Part shown: positions 51,414 to 64,000 of the stretch, one piece after another
Numbering within the stretch: position 1 is the first letter of the stretch
How the letters are laid out: each line of letters begins with the position of its first letter
Assembly (NCBI RefSeq): GCF_009914755.1
Contig: NC_060933.1
DNA from: the human T2T-CHM13v2.0 reference genome, Homo sapiens
Strand: one strand, 5' to 3'
DNA length: 64,000 nucleotides
Position numbers and translations under genes: made by a program
Notes under the pieces: model-generated
The model's input: the letters and a program-made list of their open reading frames with translations, nothing else
The model's database searches: none
What the model was told of the DNA's origin: nothing

Positions 51414-52141
51414 TGGTTACCCTACCCTTCGGCGGCATAGCTGGGATCTGAAGGCAGGTGTGACTAGAGCGCCATCTATACCCGGCTGACTCTTAGGATG
51501 AGAAGAAAGAAGATGAAAGGCAGGAGAGGAAGGAAGGGAGAAAGGGAGGGAGGAGGTAATAAGGAAAATGGTAAGATGTCAACATTGATTGAGGGTCAGG
51601 GTCATTGAAATCCCACATTCTGAGCTAGAACTTCGTTTTCTAATTTTTTCCTGTGTGAGCCATGCTGATTTCTGAGCAATCCCTGAGCTCTAGTCAAGGT
51701 CTCCATATGTATTGACTGAGTGATGTCTTGAAGCTGTTCTGTCCTTGAAATTGTCCCATGGAGTTGCTGAGGTGACTTCCTGGGAAAGCCTGCCCATCAA
51801 ATGCTGTTGGAGGGAAAGGGAGAAGGGAACACTTCCAATGTTTCCTTGGTTAATGGTATATTAACCTGGGACAACCTACTTATAGCCCGACCAACAAGAA
51901 AGCCTGTGAGTAGGGGATAATTTTGATGTTTAACAATGATTTGGGACAAACTTAAGATGAGATAAATTTAGGTTGCATAGCACAGTAGCTACTCTAAAGA
52001 ACACAGTGACCCAAACATTGACCAATAATAAAATCTGATTTTCAAAGAACAAAAACAGAAAAAAAAAAGAAAAGAAGTTCCTCCACGAGAGGTACAATGA
52101 ATTGTCAATTATCATCTTGGAGTGAAGAGAAATGGTCATCC

Positions 52142-52448
<307 letters not shown>

Positions 52449-52870
52449 GGTCATCCAACAATCTTGGCAATAGAAGTGATTACCTTTGACTCATAAACTC
52501 ATTCACAAGTGCATACACACAAATACAAACTCACTCCCATTTTTAACACACAAAAGAAGTAATTATGTGTTCAAATATCCCCACAGTATTTGAGGCTATC
52601 TTGTAGAATACCACATTCCTTGTGGTACCACACATTCGTGTGGTATCTTTCTTGATAATCAATTGCAAATGAAGGAGTAAGAGAAAAAAAAATAAATGAA
52701 GTCTACACAATGGCAATGAGCCAGTGCCAACAATCAGCTCATGTACAATCAAAAGGATTCCATCTGGGGCAGGAAAAGAGACTAGGTAACCCATGAGATC
52801 TTTTTCAGTACTGGAATCCTATGTGCCTATTCCAAGGAGAAGCCTGAACTGTTGTTTCTTTCTCATACAG

Positions 52871-52954
52871 ATATTTTGAGAAAACTCCAGCCTTGTCATT
52901 CTTCTTGTAAAACCTGCAATGGATCTGCAACTCTGTGCACTTCATGTCCCAAAG
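52871..52954 (+). CDS. PCSK5: PCSK5 coding exon, 84 nt: (D)ILRKLQPCHSSCKTCNGSATLCTSCPK(G)
   Basis: tttctttctcatacag|ATATTTTG...CCCAAAG|gttagt; phase 1-1. Confidence 0.94.
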
Positions 52955-53161
52955 GTTAGTGTGTTGCGTGACAGAAGATGGCAGCAGTCAAGCCAAGTCA
53001 TTGAAACTCATGTGTAGTGGCATCTTGGTGTAAGGAGGTCTGTAAGGCCTTGATCTATTCCCATCACATGTTCCTATTACAGTGGCTACTCGGGAGACAC
53101 ACAGGGACCCAAACATTGACCAATAATAAAAACTGGCTTTCAAAGGACAATACAAAGAAGT

Positions 53162-53456
53162 GGTCAGGTACAGTGGTTCACACCTGTAATCCCAACATTT
53201 TGAGAGGCTGAGGCGGGAGGATTTCTTGAGCCCAGGAGTTTGAGATCAGCCTGGGAAACATAGTGAGACCCCATCTCTATAAAAATTTTAAAAATTAGCT
53301 GGGCATGGTGGCATGTCCCTGTAGTTCCACCTACTTGGGAGGCTGAAATGAAAGCATTGCTTGGTCCCAGGAGGTCAAGGCTGCAGTGAACCATGATCAT
53401 GCCACTGCACTCCAGCCTGGGTGACAGAGCAAGACCTTGTCTTAAAAAAGAAAAAA
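53162..53456 (+). mobile_element. AluJ
   Basis: Full dimer. Confidence 0.92.
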
Positions 53457-53633
53457 GTTTCTTAATCTAAAGGCATGATGAAGAGGGAGGGAGGAAGGAA
53501 TAAGAGCAGCAACATAACAGCTTGATAACTTATCAATTGCTTCATCTATAAAAACAAAAATCACAAATAACATAACTTCCCTGAATTAGGAGAATATTTT
53601 ACTTAAATGGTACACTGACATAAAGAATGTTTA

Positions 53634-53915
<282 letters not shown>

Positions 53916-54205
53916 AGAATGTTTACATGTTTCCATGATCATTATAAAGTCCACGTTGGAATGTACAATGTTAATAGTGGAATCTGATGCAAAAGCAGAA
54001 AAATTTACAATAATAGGCAAGCCACAATTATAATCATATAAAATATAAAAGGTTACACTCAAAAAGCTAAAGCATTTTCCTGGAATCTTGGGTGTGAGAG
54101 TGATTTTGAAAATTGGTTTTCTTAATGAGTATCAGTTGTTTTTCGATTGAAAAATAGGTGGATCCCCTGTTAAAGGGAGAGTTGGGTGGAAGAGTTGTAA
54201 CTCTG

Positions 54206-54502
<297 letters not shown>

Positions 54503-54881
54503 TTAGTGTCCTAACAAGATGGGCTTTGGGGAAGCAGAGTATTAATAGATTCCATCAAGCTGTGCATGTACAGCTGCCTTACACCAGGAAGACATAGAGA
54601 GTGTGTTAATAAGACTGATCAACTGGGCAAAAGGAAGCCCCATCATGACCTATACCTAATATCTGTAGGATAGGAAAGAAACAGGCAAAAGTCTCTTGCT
54701 GTCAATTGCCTTCTAGAAATGTAACTCATCCTGGAGGACTTAGCATCACTAGCAAATATTTTGGTAAGCCTGAAATAAGTGCCTGGATACTTTGGTCTTT
54801 GGAAAGCTTAAAAAAGCCATGTCTCTGCATGGAAAACCACATGATGACTATTCCCATCTTCCCTCTTCCCTGAATTTCTAG

Positions 54882-55077
54882 GTGCATATCTTCTGGCTCA
54901 GGCCTGTGTTTCCTCCTGTCCCCAAGGCACATGGCCTTCCGTAAGGAGTGGGAGCTGCGAGAACTGTACGGAGGCCTGTGCCATCTGCTCTGGAGCCGAT
55001 CTTTGCAAAAAATGCCAGATGCAGCCGGGCCACCCTCTCTTCCTCCATGAAGGCAGGTGCTACTCCAAGTGCCCGGA
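54882..55077 (+). CDS. PCSK5: PCSK5 coding exon, 196 nt: (G)AYLLAQACVSSCPQGTWPSVRSGSCENCTEACAICSGADLCKKCQMQPGHPLFLHEGRCYSKCP(E)
   Basis: tgaatttctag|GTGCATAT...TGCCCGGA|gtaagt; phase 1 to 2; Cys-rich repeat. Confidence 0.95.
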
Positions 55078-55282
55078 GTAAGTTTCCTTTTTAATTTTAC
55101 TTCCTGCTTGTAATCACTCTCCTATGGTACTTTGGGAGCAATTCTTTCTTATTCACCAAAAAACTCTTCTCTGCTCTACGAGCACCCACATAAATGTCCT
55201 CTGTTGACTGACATGGGTGTGCGCCACAGCAGCCAAAACTTACATGAGGCCAGATGCCCACTTCTCCTCTGTGACTATTTTA

Positions 55283-55606
<324 letters not shown>

Positions 55607-56454
55607 TTATATTAATGATCAACTGATGTCATGTTTTTTTTCCTCCATTACAAAAGTAAGGCTGTGATGTGCACCTCTTCTAAAGGTTTAAATAGGTGAG
55701 GCATGAATTATAGATAATAAATAACACCTGGTTAGTTATTTATTGATTCCTCCTGGTTTCCTTGGTCCCCTGGTTTGTAGTTGCTTTACTCTTCCTACCA
55801 ATAGTCCCACCTCCAGAATTTACCTAGGAAGAAAGTGAGGAATAGCAAATGCAAGAGTACAGCAAGAAACTTTCAGCAATAAGCAACAGAAATGCCAAGT
55901 AAAATGACTGAGACATAACAGGGTTTATTATCTCACAGAACAAAAATGCTGCAAGTCCAGTATTGGTCACTTCAGCGGCCAACAAGGTCATCACAAAGTC
56001 TGGTTTTTCTGTTTCGCTCTTGTACCTTCCTTAGCTCATCCTCTCTGACTGGCACCGCTGCTGAGCCCACATTACGTGTCTCAGCTCCAGACACGGTCAC
56101 CCCATGCAGCCACTACCAGGGCCAGGAAAGGGGATGTTTCCCCTTGTTTATCCTTTTCTTGAAGAAAAGAAAATTTCCTCAGATTTTTATTCTAATCTCA
56201 GTCGCAAGAATGCATCACTGATACCTCCCTAAATCAATCCCTGGCAAAAAGAATGGAAATATAGGAGTGGTTTAGGCTGAACAAGATTCACGCCTGAACA
56301 TCCAAGCAACTCAGGACTCTGACAGCCAGGAAGAATGGAGAGAGGGAGGCAGGAAATAAATGTGCGGAAGTAACTGACAGTGTCTACTTTAAGGAGTTAG
56401 AATTTTCATTTGCCCTCTTATTAAAAGAATTTGATACAACAACGCCTATTTCCT

Positions 56455-56763
<309 letters not shown>

Positions 56764-57029
56764 CTGGCACCTATTTCCTAGTGACCTATTTGTTTTCATT
56801 ACTGAGATAGACTCTATAGAGTATAAATATAAGTTATGAGTATAAATATAGAGTATAAATATAAGGTATTTACCCTCAAAAAGCATCCAATCTAGTGTAG
56901 AAAGCCAAGCATATTCAGCTCAACAACACAGATTTAGCACCAACTAGGGGTAAAAATTGATACTGATGCAATATCAATATATTGTATTGTATATGCGTAG
57001 CTCAGTGGAGTCTATTCTTCTACCAACAA

Positions 57030-57071
57030 TTGATATTGATATTGATATTGATGTTGATATTGACACTGATA
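57030..57071. repeat. Imperfect (TTGATA)n hexamer repeat
   Basis: ttgatattgatattgatattgatgttgatattgacactgata. Confidence 0.85.
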
Positions 57072-57482
57072 TGGAAAGCTAAGTTAAGACCAACTCCAGG
57101 AAGTCCAAGTCTGCAAAAATGCTTACAATCCACTAAGGGAGGTTTACATCAGTCAATGTCATACTTCTCAGGGCCTTAATATACAAAGGGCTAAGAGATT
57201 CCAAGAGAAAAGAAAACATTTTAAATCACTATTTTTTGAATGCTTGCAACGTCCAGGTATTGTGCTAAGGGCTGTAAATGTATGATCCCATTAATCCTCA
57301 CAAGAATTCTCTTATCCACTTACTATTATTTTCCCTCATTTGACCAATGAGGAAAAGAATAGCAGGCTCAATTTTACACATCAAATACATGGTGTGGCCA
57401 GAATTTGAACCCAAACCTCTCTGGCATTGAAGTCCATGTGCTTAACTATCACTCAGTGCTGCCTTCTTGTACAATTGAGTAT

Positions 57483-57985
57483 TTTTTAAATCACAACTTT
57501 ATTGAGATATAATTCACATACCATACAAATCACCCCTAAAAGTGTATAATTCACGGTTTTTAGTATATTCACAGAGTTATGCAACCATTACCACAATCAA
57601 TTTCAGAACATTGTCATCAACCTAGAAAGAAACCCTATACCCTTTTAGCTGTTATTCCTACTTTTTCCATTTCCCCCAGCCCTAAGCAACCACTAATCTA
57701 CTTTCTATCCCTGTAGATTTGCTATTCTTGGACATTTCCTATAAATGGGATTATATAAAATGTGGTCTTTGAGCCAAGCATGGTGGCCATGGTGCACACC
57801 TCTAGTCCCAGCTATCAGGAGCCCAAGGCTGGAGAATTGCTTGAGCCCAGGAGTTCAAGGTCAGCCTGAGCAACATAGCAAGACCCTGTCTCTGAAAACA
57901 AAAACAAAACACATAAAACAAAAAAGACAAAACATGTTTTTTTCTGACAGACTTTTTGACTTAGCATAATGTTTTCCAGCTTCAT
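57483..57985 (-). mobile_element. L1MB-type 3' end with an Alu monomer (~57771-57930, +) inserted
   Basis: aactttattgagatataattcacataccatacaaatcacc...tttagtatattcacagagttatgcaaccattaccacaatcaattt. Confidence 0.8.
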
Positions 57986-58812
57986 CCCCAGCTGGGTATT
58001 TGAGAAAAGGCTTGATGGTCCCTAGCTCTTGAAGGATTTTGTCAAGCAGAGAGTGGAGAAAGGGTAGCAAAGGGTCAGAGTAAGAGAACCCAGGTGAGAA
58101 GTCAGGTTTGGAAACTCCCAGTCCTCCTCCCCTATCAACCGAGCTCCACCCCAGCAAACTCAGCCAAGTGTTACAATAAAGCAAAGGTGAAAGAGATTTG
58201 CTTACCAGAGTCAGTCATTGCTTCCTCAGTGGTAGGATTGAACTGGTTGTCATTATTATTGCCTTATTTATTTAATCATTACCTTTTTCAACTCTCTCTT
58301 GGATTCTTTGAGTGTTCCAGGAATTGACAACACATTAAAACAAGGAAGAAAGAGATGCATTTTGCTTTACTCAAGTTAGTTGACCGCTTAATGTATTTTA
58401 CCTCAGAGTCTGGGTTGAACCATTTTCATGGAGCAATGGGACACTACGCAGACATGCAGCAGTCAAGATAGTCTGTATTTCTTGAGCAGTAGGAAAGCTA
58501 CCAGCATGGCCTAGGAATATTGCAGACTATAGAATTGCAAGCATATGCCCTCCTGTTATGGGTAGGGTGATCTGATTATAGCGGAATCCCTCATCTTTGT
58601 GTTTAAACACACACAAAAAAAGAAAACTAACAACAGAAGACACAGAGTCTGAGGAACACATAATATCCAGTTTATCTTGGGAAGCTTTATTGCTGTTTCT
58701 GAGAAATCACCCTTTTGGGTGTGATCCATCCTAGAACAGCAATAAGATTTATAACAGGAACATAACCTGCAATGACACAGCATCCAGATATTCAGAGTTA
58801 TTTATAAGTTAG

Positions 58813-59165
<353 letters not shown>

Positions 59166-59190
59166 AAAAATAGGTTTTAACAGTAACGTA

Positions 59191-59675
<485 letters not shown>

Positions 59676-59867
59676 TGAGCTGAAAGACTTCAACATTAAG
59701 TACTTTGAATTTAACGATTTAGTACATGCAACCATTTCTTTTCAAAAGAAATATTCGTCTTCTTAAATAAAATAATTGTGAAATAAAGCACTAAGAAAAA
59801 CAGTTTTATAAATGCAGAGACAGGAAAGGAGAACCAACTCCCAGGCAGATCTGTGTGGAGAAGACTA

Positions 59868-60147
59868 CTTTTTTTTTTTTTTTTTTTTGAGACAGAGTCT
59901 TGCTCTGGAATGCAGTGGTGCAATCTCAGCTCACTGCAATTTCTGCCTCCCAGGTTCAAGCGATTCTTCTGCCTCAGCCTCCTGAGTAGCTGGGATTACA
60001 GGCGCCCACCATCAAGCTCGACTAATTTTTGTATTTTTGTAGAGACAGCATTTCGCCATGTTGGCCAAGCTGGTCTTGAATTCCTGACCTCAGGTGATCC
60101 ACCCATCTGGGCCTCCCAAAGTGCTAGGATTACAGGCATGAGCCACT
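59868..60147 (-). mobile_element. AluS
   Basis: Reverse-complement dimer with small deletions. Confidence 0.92.
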
Positions 60148-60269
60148 TCAAGGGTTTTTTTTTTTTTTTTTTTTTTTGCTTTTTGCTTGAATCCATTTCT
60201 TTCATTTCAGCATCTCATCCAACATCCACTGAACCTCTTCTGAGAGGGATCTGAAAAAGATTTATTCGT

Positions 60270-60630
60270 GTTGCGTCTTTTTAGCTCTGTATTAGCATTC
60301 ATCATCTTCAGTGTCCAGAAACTATTCTCTGCAGGTCTTGGCCAGGCCTAGCATTGAGATTCCCTGGAGGTGGGCCTGATCTTACAAAGCTCCCCTCCTT
60401 TAAACACAGAGTGGATCATTGTGGCAAGCCAGTTCCCACCTTAAGTTTACAAGATGTGGCTGGCCCCACTCTGAGTCATCCCAGTACCAACTCTCAGGTG
60501 TGGCAAGAGAGACCCATCATGAATAACAAAGACACCCCTAACTCTTAGGAAATTCCAAAGGTTTTGAGGTTAGCCGAAGAGAAAGACCAGACCTCTCTTT
60601 GGGTGAGGTCAAATTCTTTACTATGCTTAC
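60270..60630. mobile_element. MER21/MER77-like ERVL LTR remnant
   Basis: ataacaaagacacccctaactcttaggaaattccaaaggtttt resembles this family; boundaries uncertain. Confidence 0.45.
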
Positions 60631-60685
60631 AGGAACAATGAATCCATCAAATTTTCATTCGATTAGAAGATGTGATTGGTAAGGT

Positions 60686-60993
60686 ACACCTGTAATCCCA
60701 GCACTTTGGGATGCCATGGTGGGCGCACTGCTTGAGGCCAGGAGTTTGAGACCAGCTTGGGTAACATAGTAAGACCCCCATCTCTACAAAAAAAAAAAGA
60801 TAAAAATTTAAAAATTAGCCCAGTGTGGCGGCACACACCTGTAGTCCTAGCTACTCAGGAGGCCAAAGTGGGAGGATCACTTGAGCCCAGCAAGTCGAGG
60901 CTGCAGTGAGCCATGATCACACCACTGCACTCTAGCCTGGGCAACAGAGCCAGACCTTGTCTCACCAAAAAAAAAAAAAAAAAAAAAAAAAAA
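60686..60993 (+). mobile_element. AluJ, slightly 5'-truncated
   Basis: Dimer with long A-tail. Confidence 0.92.
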
Positions 60994-61314
60994 AGAATGT
61001 GATCTATTTAAGAATGCACTAAATTTCCTTAATTTCAAATTTCTCAAATCTGATCAAACTGCTGGTGGGCATATAACACATTGCCTGTCTTGTTCAATTC
61101 ATTTTTAAGAGATAGACTTTGTTTGAGCAAAGTAGCTGAGTCTTTCTTCTTCAAGTGTTCTCTGTCATGGTCAAAAAAAAGCTAAGGGTACTACTGTGTG
61201 AGGAAGCTCAATCTTAGCTTTTATCTGGATGCTATTTCTTTCTCTCTCTTCTACCTAGACTGCTTTCTTCTCCAATTTTTCTTACCTGAAACTATATCAG
61301 AAATATGACTTTTT

Positions 61315-61607
61315 GGCTGGGCACAGTGGCTCACACATGTAACTGGGAGGCCAAGGCAGGCAGATCACTTGAGGTCAGGAGTTTGAGACCAGCCTGGCCA
61401 ACATGGTAAAGCCCCATCTTTACTAAAAAAATACAAAAATTAGCCAGGCATGGTGGTGCATGCCTGTAGTCCCAGCTACTCAGGAGGCTGAGGCAGGAGA
61501 ATCACTTCAACCCAGGAGGTAGAGGTTGCAGTGAGTTGAGATCACGCCACTGCACTTCAGCCTGGGTGACAGGGCAAGACCCTGTCTCAGACAAAACAAA
61601 ACAAAGA
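61315..61607 (+). mobile_element. AluS
   Basis: TSD agaaat(a/g)tgactt. Confidence 0.92.
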
Positions 61608-61798
61608 AATGTGACTTCTGTTCACCCCTGCCCTATTTCTTCCTGGAACACTCAATATATTTTTGTTTACTGAATGCATACAGTAAATAAATGACTGAAA
61701 GAATGATTAAACGTGTGAGTGCTGATTAATTAAAACACCAAGTAAAAATGCTGCGTAGCAGCGGATCCCTTCCTGGCTTGTGATTTAAAGAGGTCTCT

Positions 61799-62238
61799 GG
61801 TAGATTGGGTTATTTGTTGCAGTTCTTCGCCACTCCTCGTATTCATGCCCACTGCCTGCAACTTTGCACCAACTCCACTAGAGGTGAAATGGACTTCCTT
61901 GTCCCTTGACTTTGGCTGGGTTATGTGATTTGTTTTGGCCAATGACATGTTAGCAGAAGAAAGGTGGAGGCATAAAATGTGCCCGATTGAACTTGCCCTT
62001 CTACGCGTTTGTCATGGCTGTGAGAAGAACGTCCCCTGGTAGTCCCGGTAGCCAGGGAAAATAGAGGAATGTGAAGGCATGGACCCAGTGTGTAGCCTGG
62101 AGTCAAGCCTGCCAAGCCCAGCCTAGATCTGCTTCCCCACACACATGAGTGAGAGTAAATGATTGTTGTTTTAAGCCACTGAGTTTTGGGTTGGGATGGT
62201 TTGTGGCACAGCAATATTATGGCGCTAACTCACTAATG
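61799..62238 (+). mobile_element. MLT1G/H-type MaLR LTR
   Basis: ttatgtgatttgttttggccaatgacatgttagcaga...gttgttttaagccactgagttttggg. Confidence 0.75.
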
Positions 62239-62374
62239 GATCATGATAGAAAGCAATTGGAATAGGTACCTATGACATCAGAAGTCCATTTTCTCTAAGC
62301 CGGCTTATGGTTCTTCCTCTTCCGCGAGTTCCAGCTCTTCCATTCAGCTTTTCCCACCAAAGAAACCTCATCTA

Positions 62375-62715
62375 AGTTCATGTCTTTTGCAGGGACATGG
62401 ACGAAGCTGGAAACCTTCATTCTCAGCAAACTAACACAGGAACAGAAAATCAAACACTGCATGTTCTCACTCATAAGTGGGAGTTGAACAATGAGAACAC
62501 ATGGACACAGGGAGGGGAACATCACACACCAGGGCCTGTCGGAGGGTAGGGGGCAAGGGGAGGGAGAGCATTAGGAGAAATACCTAATGTAGATAGATGA
62601 TGAGTTGATGGGTGCAGCAAACCACCATGGCACATGTATACCTATGTAACAAACCTGCACATTCTGCACATGTACCGCAGAATTTAAAGTATAAAAAAAA
62701 AAGAAAAAAGAAAAA
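62375..62715 (+). mobile_element. Short 5'-truncated L1PA (PA6-8-like) 3' end
   Basis: 16-bp TSD AAAGAAACCTCATCTA (62359-62374, 62716-62731); L1 3'UTR and A-tail. Confidence 0.93.
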
Positions 62716-63217
62716 AAAGAAACCTCATCTATCCATCCCTCATCTCCCAAATATATTTGAGAGGATTGGGGTTGTATATTTTACTGTGTTCCCCCACCAG
62801 TGAGTGATTTCTACAATGGGATAGTTTAATCACTGGGGTTCTATATACACAGACATAAGATTCCGCCTGGAAGAAGGTGATTTGCACAAACACGCTGGTA
62901 CTCAAAATATGTTTAGTGCTGTGTGCAAATGTTCATATGTATGCATTTGAAAAAAGTCATCAGAGGTTGGTTGACAGCATCCAGTGGTTCCAATCTTACA
63001 GGGCATTAACCCTTTTGAGTCTTTTGGAAATTTTTATTGTTTATTAAATGTTTTTAAAATTTATTAATTGAATAAAAAATATTTTCCACTTTAAAGTTAG
63101 GCTCTAACAAAAAGAAAAAAATAATAAAACTTGGGTCACATAGGGAAAAGAGAAGATGACTAAACTATACACAAATTAACAACAATTGTTCTCAAACCAA
63201 TCAAATTCACAAGAATA

Positions 63218-64000
<783 letters not shown>

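Noticed and set aside
51467-51485. CTCF-like AGATGGCGCT on the minus strand
   Set aside because: Lacks the CC at the 5' side of the core and lies in a MIR.

Overview
Primate (human-like) genomic DNA, rich in Alu, L1, MaLR and DNA-transposon fossils. No prokaryotic features or CRISPR. The window lies inside the + strand gene PCSK5 (proprotein convertase PC5/6, long membrane-bound PC5B cysteine-rich region). The first ~38.8 kb is one long intron. Six coding exons follow (38850-38892, 41892-42028, 43282-43482, 48758-48838, 52871-52954, 54882-55077), which splice GT-AG in frame to ...DDPGTCTSCAMGYYRFDHHCYKTCPEK...GKFWN[EAVSTANLSVVKSLLQERRRWKVQIKR]DILRKLQPCHSSCK...CYSKCP(E). An antisense RBM22 processed pseudogene (~32.5-34.8 kb) is interrupted by an AluY. 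Most notable observations: (1) an 81-nt symmetric, Cys-free exon encoding a basic convertase-type motif, behind an odd acceptor (AATAAA plus NAGNAG, abutting an old L1 tail), with a good CTCF motif ~0.95 kb downstream; (2) a twin-primed L1PA3-like insertion whose inversion breakpoint coincides with the homologous position of the older L1 it landed in; (3) two head-to-head Alus 73 bp apart with complementary, non-overlapping internal deletions; (4) a near full-length Tigger1 holding nested insertions; (5) a CpG-retaining ETS/NFAT/AP-1/RUNX enhancer candidate; (6) a recent 133-bp tandem duplication; (7) an LTR13-in-Alu-in-MER4 nest. I found no evidence of a wholly new gene system. Repeat subfamily labels are from recalled consensus features, not a RepeatMasker run.
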